The notes: generated from the letters alone by a model not told the origin. 63,030 bases of DNA, filler included, from Octopus bimaculoides (GCF_001194135.2; 3 parts of 3 records of this genome joined end to end with filler, not necessarily neighbours in it); one strand, 5' to 3'; counted from the first letter of the whole stretch, positions 11,254-24,256 are shown. Made by a program: numbers and translations.

Positions 11254-11490
11254 TCTTAATATATAAAACAGAATTTGTGTGTGTGTACATATGTTCCTTA
11301 TGGATCCGAAAACTGAGTTACCAATTTTGATATATGAAGTATCAAAAGATTCAGTAATCTTTCAGCTACCAAATAAAGTATGTTTTTTGCACAACTCTTT
11401 TTCACTACAAAAAATAACCTTGAAAATGAGGCCGGGTTGCACAATTTTGAGGTCTTTAGCTAAGGGAGGCAACTCTGCTGGACACTACTC
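11254..11490 (+). mobile_element. Possible non-autonomous Helitron
   Basis: Starts a|TCttaatatataaaa and ends in a GC-rich gggaggcaactctgctggacac segment; the CTAG end is not intact. Confidence 0.35.
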
Positions 11491-12364
11491 AATTTAACAA
11501 CAATGTAAACACACACTGATATATTAGGTGCAAGAATGACTGTGGTTGAGAAATTTGCTTCCCAACCACATGGTTCTATGTTCAGTCCCTCTGCATGGTA
11601 CCTTGGGAAAATGTTTTCTAGTATAGCCCTAGGCCAACCACAGACTTATAACTGAATTTAGTTGACGGAAACTGCAGCGTTGTTCATCAGAAAATAACCG
11701 AAAAACATGTCTATAAAGAAGAGTTGCTTGCTTTGTACTCCTTGTGTGCCAATGCTGCCCATAAGAAAGGAACAAATAATACAATGTGGCTGTAAGTCAC
11801 ATAAGTTCAAACCCTGACAAAAGTGGTAGGAACCAGCCATTATAAATAGAACAGTAGCCGGTCATCAAGAGAGGGTCAAGATTCAAAGAGTTGAGAGTCG
11901 ACAGTTCTATTTGGTGTCTTGTGGAACTATCAGTGATAGTAATACAGAAGAAGTTAGTGTATTACTATTCCAGTACAAAGAGATACAACAGTATCCAATG
12001 ACTATAACTATTGTGGCTACTAGCATAAAATAGCAACTACAGTACAATGGCAGTCAGACATCACACCAGTGGGAGGAACCCACTTTACAACAGTCTTGAT
12101 GAGGAAAAACAAAAAAACATTCACACTGAATTTAAACTAAATCACCTTGTAAATTTAATACCTCGACAAAAAAGAATCAAAAATCTTGTGCAAACTTATG
12201 AAAATCATAAAATATGGAGGACTTGTTAGCTGGGGTATTTGAGTACCTTTCATCCTTTCGGGGTCGATAAATTAAGTACCAGTTGAGTACTGGGTCGATG
12301 TAATCGACTATCCCCTTCCCTCAAAATTCAGGCCTTGTGCCTATAAATGAAAGGATCATTACTA

Positions 12365-12732
12365 ATCTCTGCCTTAGCAAAGGTGGAGGTATTGTTTTCA
12401 GTCCTGCTTGTTTGTTTGTTTGTTTGTCCATGGACAAGATATCTCAAGAACCACTGGATGGATTCAGATGAATCTTTCAGAGATGTTTAGCCTCATAACT
12501 GGCATGAACTGATTAGATTTTGGGATTGATCCAGTACTGGACAAGGATTCTAGATTACTTTTCCTGCTCTTTTTACTTAATTTTTGAGAGCAGTCGGGTT
12601 CATTTTTAATATTCTTGTTTGTGAGAGCAGTAGAGTTTATTTCAGATATTCTCATTTTAAAAATCGTCTCTGGCTAATCTCTGAGAGGATGTTGGTGTTG
12701 CTTTGGCAGAGGTTTGTGCTCTCTGAGTGTTA
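12365..12732 (+). mobile_element. Helentron-associated (HINE/DINE-1-like) non-autonomous element
   Basis: 5' tctctgccttagcaaaggtggaggt and 3' gctttggcagaggtt subterminal inverted repeats, internal (GTTT)n, 3' tgctctctgagtg. Confidence 0.5.
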
Positions 12733-12889
12733 TTATTATTATTATTATTATTGAATATAGATTGTTTATTGAAAATTGTTCAATAAATCTATTTATTACA
12801 TAACGTATCATACACTTTTTATTGTGTATTTACCTTCATAAAGAGTTTCGTCAATCTTCATAATTTGTTATTATTACTATCATTATTAC

Positions 12890-13130
12890 AGTACTCAAAG
12901 GCAGCGAGCTGACAGAGTCATCAGCACACCAGGCAAAATGCATAGCAGTATTTCACCCATCGCTACCTTCTGAGTTCAAATTCCACCGAGATCGACTTTG
13001 CCTTTTATCCTTTCAGAGTCGATAAATTAAGTACCAGTTNNNNNNNNNNNNNNNNNNNNGGGGGGGGGGGGTCAATGAAATCGACTATCCCCCCACAATT
13101 TCAGGCCTTGTGTCTATAGTAGAAAGGTTT
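12890..13130 (+). mobile_element. SINE family C (Meta-like central domain); related fragments at ~12230-12360, 13840-14000(-), 15185-15280, 15996-16170, 25180-25390, 34375-34480(-)
   Basis: tRNA-like head (gagctgacagagtc...gagttcaaattcc) plus gactttgccttttatcctttcagagtcgataaattaagtaccag. Confidence 0.8.
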
Positions 13131-14125
13131 ATTACAGTACTCAAGCTGTCAGTAACAATAGAGGTATTCTTAAAATATGTACATGATGATGAAAGTTGCT
13201 AACGTAAATATTAAGTTGTAAATAAAAATGCCAAAATAACAGGAAAATAAGAAAATTTTACTTCTCATTTCCCAAATATTATACAGGTTTGATTCCTTTT
13301 AATTTGTACAATATGTTATTGTGCACTTATTTTCTATAATAAATGTTCTAATAGATGCACATATGGATTCAAAACTACCAAAATATTTGCATATTTACAC
13401 ATAGGTTCATGATCTTGCAAACAATTTCTAAAAGTTTCAAGGAACAATAGGTGTAGTTTATGCAAAAATTGCACATTTTCAGCATTTTTGACACATTTTG
13501 TGCAAAAGCTACAAATATACATAATAAACATTATTATTCATATTCACTGCATAAGTCTCTGAAGAACAATAGTTCTGTTATAGACATGAGGAGACCTTGT
13601 CCTCCTGAAACTTTAGTCTGTAATTTTAAATCATTTCTGTTTTTTGTTCTGCTTAGAACAAGAAATACCTGTATAATAAGTAAATAGGGTAAAGTTGAAT
13701 TCAGGATAGCTCTCAGTAAGTTGAATATAAACGGTAGTAGTGGAATATATGAAGGAGAATAATTAATCATAAAATCAGTAAATATACAAATATATATATT
13801 GCATATGAAATATATTGGTTTCAAATTTTGGCACATGGCTAACAGTTTCTGAGGAACGAGATATCGATTATATCGACCCCAGTGACCACAAAATGATGAA
13901 AAGAAAAGTTGACCTCGGCAGGATTTGAACTCAGATTGTAAAGATGGATGAAATGCTACTAAGCATTTTTCCCCAGTATGCTAATAATTCTGCCAGCTTG
14001 CTGTCCCAGCATATTAAATATATTGATAACACATAGCATTTTATATGCATTGATTAGATTTACCAATGAGAAAAAGAGAAGAAAATTAATTTGATCTTAA
14101 GAATTTATGAACAAGGCTATGTAGT

Positions 14126-14292
14126 TAGGTGCAGGCATGGCTGTGTGGTAAGAAGCTTTCTTCCCTACCACATGGTTCCGGGTTCAGTCCCACTGCATGG
14201 CACCTTGAGCAAGTGTCTTCTACTTTAGCCTCAGGCCAGCCAAAGCCTTGTGAGTGGATTTGGTAGACAGAAACTTAAAAAAGACCATCGTG

Positions 14293-14345
<53 letters not shown>

Positions 14346-14415
14346 CTGGTGTAATTAAGATGATTTCATCCTTAAAAGAGGAGTTTATATCCTTGCAATG
14401 AAAAATTTATATAGA

Positions 14416-14446
<31 letters not shown>

Positions 14447-14690
14447 ATGTGTATCTATGTGTGTGTTTCCCCCCCACACACACACACACACCGTTGCTTG
14501 ACAACCAATGTTGGTATGCTTACATCCCCCATAACTTAATGGTTCAGAAAAAGAAACTGATAGAATAAGTACCAGGCTTACAAAGAATAAGTCCTGGGGT
14601 TGATTTCTTGGACCGAAACCCTTTAAAGCAGTGCTCCAGCATAGCCACAGTCTAATAACTGGACTGAAACACATAACAGAGTAAAATTAA
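14126..14690 (+). mobile_element. SINE family A, full length
   Basis: Same head, body and tail as 6764-7180 with expanded internal microsatellites. Confidence 0.88.
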
Positions 14691-14949
14691 AAAAAAAGAC
14701 ATTAGTCAAGCATTATATGACAAAGAAGACAATAGAACACAGTTGCAAGTACAATAAATAAACAGAATGACTGCAGCCCATGTCAGAATGATTTAGCAAG
14801 TAAATCAATTACTGTAAATCATTAACCATCATTCAACTGCTTTAAATGGTAAGTTTTACTTACACAGAAAAAAAAGTATATATAAATATGATGGTTGCTC
14901 CCATTGGTTTCTATGTATGAGTGTTTGAAGGAAAGCAATAGAAAGGCAA

Positions 14950-15180
14950 AGTCACTAAGAAGCTGCATCTATTTGTGATGGATGCATGAATGTAATTTCA
15001 GTCCAGGTATGGATTTTGCTATGAGGTCGCAATGGGGACATTGATGGTTTTGATTTTGCTTGCGATTGGGTAAGTGTGTCTGTTAGTTGTTCTTCTGTTG
15101 TTCATTCTCTTCAACTCAAATTTTTGGATGCATCATGACACATTTTGCGCCATGCAAATTGATCCAAACAATGACTTTCA
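14950..15180 (-). mobile_element. RTE LINE ORF C-terminus (C2H2-like finger)
   Basis: Minus-strand frames give WRKMCHDAS..FELKR and HQCPHCDLIAKSIPGLKLHSCIH, the RTE-clade C-terminal CPxC...GLxxH motif. Confidence 0.7.
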
Positions 15181-15580
15181 GCATCAATAAAATAAGTACC
15201 AGTTGAGTACTGGGGTCAATGTAATTGACATGCTTCCTCCCTTGAAATTGCTGGCCTTGTGCCAAAATTTGAAATCATTATTAGTATCACTATTAAAATA
15301 GCTGTAGCTGTTTCAGGTTTTTAGTCTACTTCAAATGGTTTAATGAGATAGTGTTCTACAATAACGAGATTTCTGAGTGAAATTCTAATTACCCAAAGTC
15401 TCTTAAATATTCATTAGTGTTTCACGAACGAATTTTCATTACTGAGACACACGTGACATTCTTAATTGTAAATATTGATTAATTCATACTCTAGGATGTG
15501 ATGTCTGCGCTCTATAAATACTGCACCATTTTGATTTTGTGAAAATGTTCACATTCATATGTCTGTCTTTTATATACATG

Positions 15581-15648
<68 letters not shown>

Positions 15649-16221
15649 CACACATACATACTATACATATATAGACAACACACATGTATATGTATGTANN
15701 NNNNNNNNNNNNNNNNNNNNNNNNNNNNNNNNNNNNNNNNNNNNNNNNNNNNNNNNNNNNNNNNNNNNNNNNNNNNNNNNNNNNNNNNNNNNNNNNNNNN
15801 NNNNNNNNNNNNNNNNNNNNNNNNNNNNNNNNNNNNNNNNNNNNNNNNNNNNNNNNNNNNNNNNNNNNNNNNNNNNNNNNNNNNNNNNNNNNNNNNNNNN
15901 NNNNNNNNNNNNNNNNNNNNNNNNNNNNNNNNNNNNNNNNNNNNNNNNNNNNNNNNNNNNNNNNNNNNNNNNNNNNNNNNNNNNNNNNNNNNNNNCATAT
16001 GTTCGTAGAAGTATTTCCGTTGTCTTTACATTCAAATTCTGGTGAGGTTGACTTGGCAGTCATCTCTTTGAGATTGATGAAATAAGTACCAGTTGAGCAC
16101 TGGGAATGATATAATTGACTAATTCCCTACCCTAAAAAAATTTCGGTCCTTGTGGCTATAGTAGAAAGGATGTGTATGTGCATGTGTGTGTGTGTATTCA
16201 TATATATGTACATATATACAG

Positions 16222-16252
<31 letters not shown>

Positions 16253-16744
16253 TATATATACACACACACATATATATATATACATATACTGTTTAATAAT
16301 AAAGGGTGACATCAATAATAATTTTACCAGGTAGCGAGTGCGGAAATAAAAACCTTATAGGCAAATTTTACAAAATATTTTATAATTATATATATAATTA
16401 TAACAAGGAGTCGGCTTTATGCCTCACCACGCACCATAAGAAGTAGACACTAAAATCTTTTTTACTACCTTCAAATCTCCGAGAATAACACACTTTGAAG
16501 TTATGTTTCTGTCAGAACCCTGAAGAGCCAGCAAGGATTCAAACAGTTCTACCAGTTCACCACACCCGAATGTTATTCTTTGTTTTCTTTTTTACCAATT
16601 CTAAAGAGATGAAGGGCAAAGTTAACCTGAGGGAAATATGAAATGAGAGCACAGGAAGTGAGAAAAGATATCGCAAAGTATTTAAGCCAATGCTCTAATA
16701 ACTTTACCAATTTGTCAACTTATACAAACATGATGAAAGAACAT

Positions 16745-16894
16745 TATTTACATTATTTACATTTGACGGATATTTGTCCTCATCTTGTTTGTTGTTAACA
16801 CAATGTTTCGACTGATATACCCTCCAGCCTTCATCAGGTGTCTTGGGGAAATTTTGAACCTGGGTTCTCATTCCTAAGGTATTTTTCGATGTTG

Positions 16895-16942
<48 letters not shown>

Positions 16943-17010
16943 TCACTACTTGGAATCAAACTCGGAATCTTAGGGTTAGTAGCCTGGCCATATACCCGGG
17001 CATATGGCAT
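16745..17010 (-). mobile_element. tRNA-headed, hammerhead-containing short element (family H), copy 1
   Basis: GGCTACTAACCCTAAGATTCCGAGTTTGATTCC head, (AAT)n, then GACAC CTGATGA AGGCTG..CAGTC GAAAC ATT GTGTT; homologous to 26530-26858 and 29141-29606. Confidence 0.85.
16797..16842 (-). ncRNA. Minimal type I hammerhead motif, near intact
   Basis: Stem I GACAC/GTGTT, core CTGATGA, stem II GGCTG/CAGTC, GAAAC; stem III altered (ACAT, probably ACGT decayed by CpG loss). Confidence 0.65.
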
Positions 17011-17023
17011 AGTGACCTGAATG

Positions 17024-17065
<42 letters not shown>

Positions 17066-17098
17066 TTCCTTTCTACTAAAATCACAAGGTCTGAAATA

Positions 17099-17532
17099 TA
17101 TATAAAAGATGGCGGTGGAAATAGCAAAGAAGTAAGTCTAAGACATTTCAATTTAAGAAGAATTTAATAAAAATGATTTTTAAAAATTATATAAAGAAAA
17201 TGTTATTGGTTTCAATGATGAATCTCATCTTAACAAATATCAGTAAAAATTTATAAAAATTTGAAATAGAAACAGTTTATCTTCTGTCTGAGGTCAAGAA
17301 CATGTCTGTCTGGGGGTCAAGACATGTTCTTGACCCCTAGACAAAAGATAAACTGTTTTTACTTCAAATTTTTATAAATTTTCACTGATATTTGATAAGA
17401 TGAAATTCATCATCAAAACTGGTAATAATTTTCTGTATATAGTTTTTAAAAATTATTGTTATTAAATTCCCACTTAGATTGAAATGTCTTAGACTTACTT
17501 ATGTGCCATTTCCACCTCCGTCTTTTATATAT
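17099..17532. mobile_element. ~434-bp fold-back (palindromic) MITE
   Basis: Arms match from tatataaaagatggcggtggaaat/atttccacctccgtcttttatata to aagaacatgtct/agacatgttctt around a 12-bp spacer (17308-17319); TA-rich ends. Confidence 0.9.
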
Positions 17533-17864
17533 AAAAATTTGATTTGTATAGATCTCTAATCTTTTTTCAACATATATATATGTGTGTGTGTGTGTGTGTA
17601 TAATAGAAATATGTTTGAAAAAGAAAATAGAAACTACGCATGGAAAAGATATGGGGGAAAGTAAGAAGAAAAAAAGCGAAAAGTTTAAAGTTGAAGCCAT
17701 ATTATTTCATGAATGAACAGCAATTAAAAGCCTACTTTTTTTTATTGAAATAAAACAATGACATTTCTAAACAAAAGACTGTGTGTAAATTTATTTCTGT
17801 ATTTACACTTATGCTATGGAACCTGAGCTATTTTTTCGTGTGCCACCCTGTATATATGTATATA

Positions 17865-18074
17865 TTACTCTTTTACTCTTTTATTTGTTTCAGTCATTTG
17901 ACTGTGGCCATGCTAGAGCACTGCCTTTAGTTGAACAAATTGACCCCAGGACTTATTCTTTGTAAACCTAGTACTTATTCTATTGGTCTCTTTTGCTGAA
18001 CCATTAAGTTACAGGGACAAACACACCAACATTGGCTGTCAAGCAATGGTGGGGGAATAAACACAGAAACACAA

Positions 18075-18117
<43 letters not shown>

Positions 18118-18140
18118 CGAAGGGCTTCTTTCAGTTTCTT
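17865..18140 (-). mobile_element. SINE family A, 3' two-thirds
   Basis: Reverse complement of the family A tail and body. Confidence 0.85.
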
Positions 18141-18673
18141 TCACTTCTCCATGCCATTGATGTTTATCAAAGGGAAAGGCAACTCTCCCGGGCCTAATCA
18201 GCTTAGCTATATAGATGTCGCTTATGTTTCTGTCAAAACCCTGAAGAGTCAGTAGGGATACTGCAAAGCATCTTGCTCCCATCCCTCAAACAGTTCTACC
18301 AGTTAACCACACCTAAATGTTATTCTTCGTTTTCTTTTCCAACTGAACTTTGCGTACAAATGATCTTGCAGCATTCAGAAAGTTGCTAATTTCTAAATCA
18401 CTGTGGTTTGCATGTATAGCAACTATGACTGCATGTCTTTTCATTTCTTGAGCTAGCATATCTTGAAAGGGTTATCTGAAGAAGAAAAAAATAACAATAC
18501 ATTAGATAATTTGAAGGTGTAATGATCTAAAAACAAAATGCCCTCAAATACCCCTCATACTCTGTATATATATGCAACAGGCTTCTTTCAGTTTCCCTCT
18601 ATCAAATCCACTCACAAGGCTTTGCTTGGCTTGAGGTTATAGTAGAAGACACTTGCCCGAGGTACATATGTAT

Positions 18674-18726
<53 letters not shown>

Positions 18727-18752
18727 TATTTATATATATGTATGTATGTATA

Positions 18753-19143
18753 TTTGGTGAAAATGTTGATATTCACTGATTAAAGCATTTACAGAAAATT
18801 GGCAAATATTGGTTGTCATCTACATGAAAAGTTCTTGAATTTCTCTCATTCAAACTTCTCTGATCCATTACTAATAAGGGGAAATAATTTTCCTGATGCC
18901 TGTCACTAACAGATGTACCGAACATTTTGCAAGATTAAAAATAGTTGTCATGTCATCTTGTAGGTGCCTAAAAACTTGGTGAAAATGTTGATGACTTTCA
19001 TTGAAACAGGCTAAAAATGTACAGAAAATTTTGTGCTTTCTTGTGGAAAAATTAGTTGTCATCTACATGAAGAATTCTTGAATTTTTCTCATTCAAAATT
19101 CTCTGATTCATTTCTAATAAGTGGAAGTAATTTTCTTGATGCC
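18753..19143. repeat. Diverged direct duplication of ~150-170 bp
   Basis: ttggtgaaaatgttgat...gttgtcatctacatgaa..ttcttgaattt.tctcattcaaa.ttctctgat...ttttc.tgatgcctg at ~18753-18902 and ~18977-19143. Confidence 0.8.
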
Positions 19144-19169
19144 TGGTTTTACCCAATATGTTAGAAATG

Positions 19170-19450
19170 TGTAGGCAGGAATTTCATTCCGTGCTTCTAG
19201 TGCAAGCTACAGACACACAAGAGTTGCAGTGGAATCACAGGAAAGTTAACAGAGAAAGTAGTGATTGTGTGTGGAAGATGCAAAAGGGTCACAAAGTCTA
19301 CAGATACATGGGAAATTGATTTTCTCAACTACCCTGGAGGTACTCTGGAGGTAGTAGATGATTTCTGTTACCCAGATGACCTAATTAACTTGGAAGAGAA
19401 TGTTTCTGAAAGTATAGCTGATAGAATGAGAATAGGATGGAGAGGGTTAG
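19170..19450 (+). mobile_element. RTE LINE fragment (post-RT Cys-rich region)
   Basis: CF*CKLQTHKSCSGITGKL...VCGRCK...TLEVVDDFCY.DD.I...SESIADRMRIGWR. Confidence 0.75.
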
Positions 19451-19499
19451 GGTGAAAGGGCAAGGTAGGGTTGTAATTATTTGTATTTTGAGGATAGAT

Positions 19500-20330
19500 T
19501 TAGTGACCAATGTTTGCAGGTGAATATTATACTGCTGCATTGATTGAGACAATCCATGGATTGCAGAATAGCCTAGATCTTGGCAATGCAGAGATCACAC
19601 TTGTTATCATAACTGCTGTAAGATTCGGCGTGGGTGAATATGGACCACTTGAGAGCGTAAGTAGTTGAATCAAGAGTTAGTTTACTGATAAGTTGAGATA
19701 ATGATGTACTTTTGGGTTTTGTTTGTGACTTGAAGCTGGAGTAGTGGTTGTTCACCCTAGTCTTGAAAGTGGTGCTACATGAACCAATATAAACGTAGTT
19801 TAAGTTATCAGTTAATACTGAGCACCTATAAGCTAGTTATCTAAAGGACAGGAAACTGGGTGTCTGAAGCTGCATAGGTTTGTAGGGGGTGTTCCAGATA
19901 AATCAGTGAGGGGATTGTTATTTAGTGAGGAATCAGTGTTATGTTCATTATTATTGCTTGTGTTAATATTAGTATCATTAAGGAGTTGAGGGTGGTGTTG
20001 CGGAGTTGTATAATATGATAGTTATTGTGTCTAATGATATCCTCTGTGTTGTTCTCTATTTTTACAGGAGGTATTGTTGGGTCTTGTGGTAAAGTTAAGG
20101 ATCAGGTGTTAGCAGTGGAATTATAGTTGGAGTTATGAGGGTTAGTGTTGCTAAGGGGGTCAGTTGGTGTTTTGGGTTTATAAGTATGGAGCTGGGGGTC
20201 ATTTTGAGTTAACTTTTTAGAGTGGAGGTTAGCTGGTTGTGGATTTCTAAGTTTCTTGTTAAGATGTTGGATAACTCCAGCAATGTTGGTGGTGGTAGAA
20301 TAGGACAATTTTATTGATTGGGGGTTAAAT
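19500..20330 (-). mobile_element. Penelope-like element 3' fragment (linker plus GIY-YIG)
   Basis: SYSTTTNIAGVIQHLNKK; NHYSSFKSQTKPKSTSLSQLISKL...YALKWSI...AESYSSYDNKCDLCIAK. Confidence 0.8.
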
Positions 20331-20484
20331 ATTGTGTGTGTGTGTATGTGTGAGTCATAATATCTAAATTCATTTCAACTCATGTTTTTTATGTATGCAA
20401 GTAACTACAGGCAACTACCAAAATGTATTTTAATGGAAATAAACAAAACAGAGATTAAAAAATGAGGTAATTTTGATAAGTCAC

Positions 20485-20553
20485 CTGACAAGACATGTCT
20501 GCACCATTGATGCACCACAACTACAGCATTTCACCCATGAGGGACATTGATAC
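20485..20553 (-). CDS. Candidate 69-nt coding exon (YQCPSWVKCCSCGASMVQTCLV), gene unidentified
   Basis: ttttgactcatcag acceptor, AG|gtgact donor, only one open frame; no homology recognised. Confidence 0.2.
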
Positions 20554-21169
20554 CTGATGAGTCAAAATGACCATAGTGATTAATAAATAATCTCGTGAAT
20601 ATATATATATATATATATANNNNNNNNNNNNNNNNNNNNNNNNNNNNNNNNNNNNNNNNNNNNNNNNNNNNNNNNNNNNNNNNNNNNNNNNNNNNNNNNN
20701 NNNNNNNNNNNNNNNNNNNNNNNNNNNNNNNNNNNNNNNNNNNNNNNNNNNNNNNNNNNNNNNNNNNNNNNNNNNNNNNNNNNNNNNNNNNNNNNNNNNN
20801 NNNNNNNNNNNNNNNNNNNNNNNNNNNNNNNNNNNNNNNNNNNNNNNNNNNNNNNNNNNNNNNNNNNNNNNNNNNNNNNNNNNNNNNNNNNNNNNNNNNN
20901 NNNNNNNNNNNNNNNNNNNNNNNNNNNNNNNNNNNNNNNNNNNNNNNNNNNNNNNNNNNNNNNNNNNNNNNNNNNNNNNNNNNNNNNNNNNNNNNNNNNN
21001 NNNNNNNNNNNNNNNNNNNNNNNNNNNNNNNNNNNNNNNNNNNNNNNNNNNNNNNNNNNNNNACATACATATATATACATACATACATATATATGTATAG
21101 CTTTACATATACATATATACATACATATATAATACTTCAGTAATTTTAACAAGTCAATCGATAAAGTAG

Positions 21170-22140
21170 TCTCTTTCATTATTCATAACTTCTTGGCAAT
21201 GAATTCATTCTTTCACTTCCTTGTCAACAACACCTTGTTAGTTTCATAAAACACACATGAGTAAATATAACACTAAAAAAAATTTAAATTATTAATTTTT
21301 GTATTTACAAATTTTAAGAAAAAATGTTCCAATATTCATTACAACCAGTTTAAGTTGCACTAGATGACAGAATTCTCAGGGTCTTGACATGAGGAATTCA
21401 TTGAGCCATGTTTTCAGATCCATGTTGTTGCTGAACAAGACACCTCACAAACCGTTGGGGAGCAAGTGAAAGAGATGATAATCTGAAAGCATTATATCTC
21501 AAGAATTTGGTGGATCTGGTAGAACTTCCCTTAGGCTCTTGAATGTCATTTTTGATTAAATTTGTGATGTGGTGTTCACTGGTCAGGTTATTTCAGCTGG
21601 ATTTCCAAGTTTTTGGACATTATACCCACTGAGTGAAAGTGGTGGGTGACAGTATCATGAGAACATTCCATCTGTTAGGCCAATTCCTGAGTGGACTGGC
21701 ATGGATCCTCATGGATAAAACTCTTCAATTAATTCTCAATGAAGTGAACAGGTCAGCAGGTCAGCTGTAAAGTGGAAAGTCTGTAAGGTTGAATTTTTCC
21801 ACTTCGAAGTGTCCAAACCATTTCTGTGTTGTTCTTTCAATAATAGCATTTTCACCATACACATGACAAATGTCTCAAGTGGCTTTGGCAACTTTGGAAC
21901 TTTGGTAAAAAGCAATAAGAAGCAGATGTTGAAAATGTTCATTTTTTTTTTTTTAATACTTGACATTCCATTGTCATGTCTGAAAAGAGGAAAAATTTAT
22001 TCAAATTTCAAAAACAATAAACAAATAATTATAGAGGAAGAATACCTCTAGAAAAATCACCATAGAAAATAGTATGATAGAAATATCTTTTGTGTTAATT
22101 TAAATACCATTGCAAAGAAACGAACAAATTCTGACAACCC
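21170..22140 (-). mobile_element. mariner remnant, internally deleted
   Basis: TIR ta|gggttgtcagaatttg at 22140; MSSIKK..FQHLLLIAFYQSSKVAKAT*DICHVYGENAI; C-terminal LSDYHLFHLL...DLKTWLNEF. Confidence 0.75.
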
Positions 22141-22366
22141 TATATATGTGTGTGTGAGCATCTGTGTATGTGTGTGTGTTATATGTGTTATATTTATATA
22201 TATGTTTAATATATAGGATGGTGACCTCTTAAAAAAAAAAACAAGAAAAATAAAAGAAAAACAGGTGACCCTCTCCTTCTCCTGCACTTACCTCAGGTTG
22301 GGTAACCATGTATTTCTTTTGCGGTAGCGCACCTGTGACTGTCATCATTCCTGATCTCTATCTCTC

Positions 22367-22448
<82 letters not shown>

Positions 22449-22579
22449 ACTTTCTCTCTGACTGGGTAACCATGTACTTCCTCTACAGCTAGACATCTGT
22501 ATCTGTCTCACTATAACCTTTCATCATCCAACACAAGATCACCTCCTCCAATGCCTCCTCCACTCTTCAAAGTTTTTTT

Positions 22580-22900
22580 TTTCTGTCTTGCAAGTACTTG
22601 GTGGCCCTGTCAGTACAGTTACTGCTTAAGAGCACCCAGTCCACACTGTAAAGGGTTTGATGTTCAGAAGGGCATCCAGCTGTAAAAACTTTGCCAAAAC
22701 TGACTTTGTCTGTGCTTGTGCCACGTAAAAAGCACTGAGTCCACTCTGCTGATTGGTTGGTGTTAGGGAGAGTATCCAGCTGTAAAAATCCTGCCAAAAC
22801 ACTCACAGAAGTCTGGTGTAGGCCCCTGCCTGGCCAGCTCTTGCGAAACCGTCCCACCCATGCTAGCATGGAAAGCAGGCATTAAACGTTGATGATGATA
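22580..22900 (-). mobile_element. RTE-type 3'-tail composite (family B variant)
   Basis: agaagggcatccagctgtaaaa and catgctagcatggaaagc motifs. Confidence 0.6.
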
Positions 22901-23284
22901 CACACACACGCAAACACACACACATATGTATACATATATGTATACACACACAAGCATATCAATTAATGAATGACAGGTGAACAGGAGTCACGTAATCACT
23001 GTGATTACCTTCATTAGCTTACAGCTGTCTCCGTTATAAGAAGCAGGGAACTTCGAGCTAAGTGTGTCTGCAACATCCTGTTGTTTCCTTGGAGCCATTA
23101 AAATGCAATGTAACATTCATTTAAGAAAGCATTCAGGTACATAGAATCGATTGCATTCAGAACCTCATACATAAATGAATAATGAGATACGCTTTGAAGG
23201 TGAGAAGCTAAATCCAGGAATATTAAGTTTTATATAAACACATGTATTCAGAATAATAAATAATAATAATAATAACAATAATAA

Positions 23285-23613
23285 TCATCATCATCATCAT
23301 CGTTTAACGTCCGCTTTCCATGCTAGCATGGGTTGGACGATTTGACTGAGGACTGGTAAAACCAGATGGCTACACCAGGCTCCAATCTGATTTGGCAGAG
23401 TTTCTACAGCTGGATGCCCTTCCTAACGCCAACCACTCCAAGAGTGTAGTGGGTGCTTTTACGTGCCACCGGCACGAAGGCCAGTCAGATGGTACTGGCA
23501 ACGGCCACGATCAAAATGGTGTATTTTACGTGCCACCTGCACAGGAGCCAGTCCAGCGGCACTGGCAACGATCTCGCTCGAATGTCTTCACATGTGCGAC
23601 TAGTACAAGTGCC
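23285..23613 (-). mobile_element. RTE-type 3'-tail repeat (family B), longer form with degenerate ~60-bp subrepeats
   Basis: (CAT)n plus family B body, then ttttacgtgccacc.gcac twice; runs into a gap. Confidence 0.85.
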
Positions 23614-24256
23614 NNNNNNNNNNNNNNNNNNNNNNNNNNNNNNNNNNNNNNNNNNNNNNNNNNNNNNNNNNNNNNNNNNNNNNNNNNNNNNNNNNNNNNN
23701 NNNNNNNNNNNNNNNNNNNNNNNNNNNNNNNNNNNNNNNNNNNNNNNNNNNNNNNNNNNNNNNNNNNNNNNNNNNNNNNNNNNNNNNNNNNNNNNNNNNN
23801 NNNNNNNNNNNNNNNNNNNNNNNNNNNNNNNNNNNNNNNNNNNNNNNNNNNNNNNNNNNNNNNNNNNNNNNNNNNNNNNNNNNNNNNNNNNNNNNNNNNN
23901 NNNNNNNNNNNNNNNNNNNNNNNNNNNNNNNNNNNNNNNNNNNNNNNNNNNNNNNNNNNNNNNNNNNNNNNNNNNNNNNNNNNNNNNNNNNNNNNNNNNN
24001 NNNNNNNNNNNNNNNNNNNNNNNNNNNNNNNNNNNNNNNNNNNNNNNNNNNNNNNNNNNNNNNNNNNNNNNNNNNNNNNNNNNNNNNNNNNNNNNNNNNN
24101 NNNNNNNNNNNNNNNNNNNNNNNNNNNNNNNNNNNNNNNNNNNNNNNNNNNNNNNNNNNNNNNNNNNNNNNNNNNNNNNNNNNNNNNNNNNNNNNNNNNN
24201 NNNNNNNNNNNNNNNNNNNNNNNNNNNNNNNNNNNNNNNNNNNNNNNNNNNNNNNN

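Noticed and set aside
15002-15069. Plus-strand exon-like segment (SRYGFCYEVAMGTLMVLILLAIG) with a gtaagt donor
   Set aside because: The opposite strand encodes the RTE LINE C-terminal CPHC...GLKLH finger, which explains it better.
20554-20571. CTGATGA GTCA AAA TGAC hammerhead-like start
   Set aside because: No GAAA after stem II and no stem I or III.
22288-22370. Strong minus-strand donor GAG|gtaagt (a similar one at ~32190)
   Set aside because: The first lies in repeat-derived sequence next to a GA tract; the second has stops in all frames; no usable acceptor or ORF.
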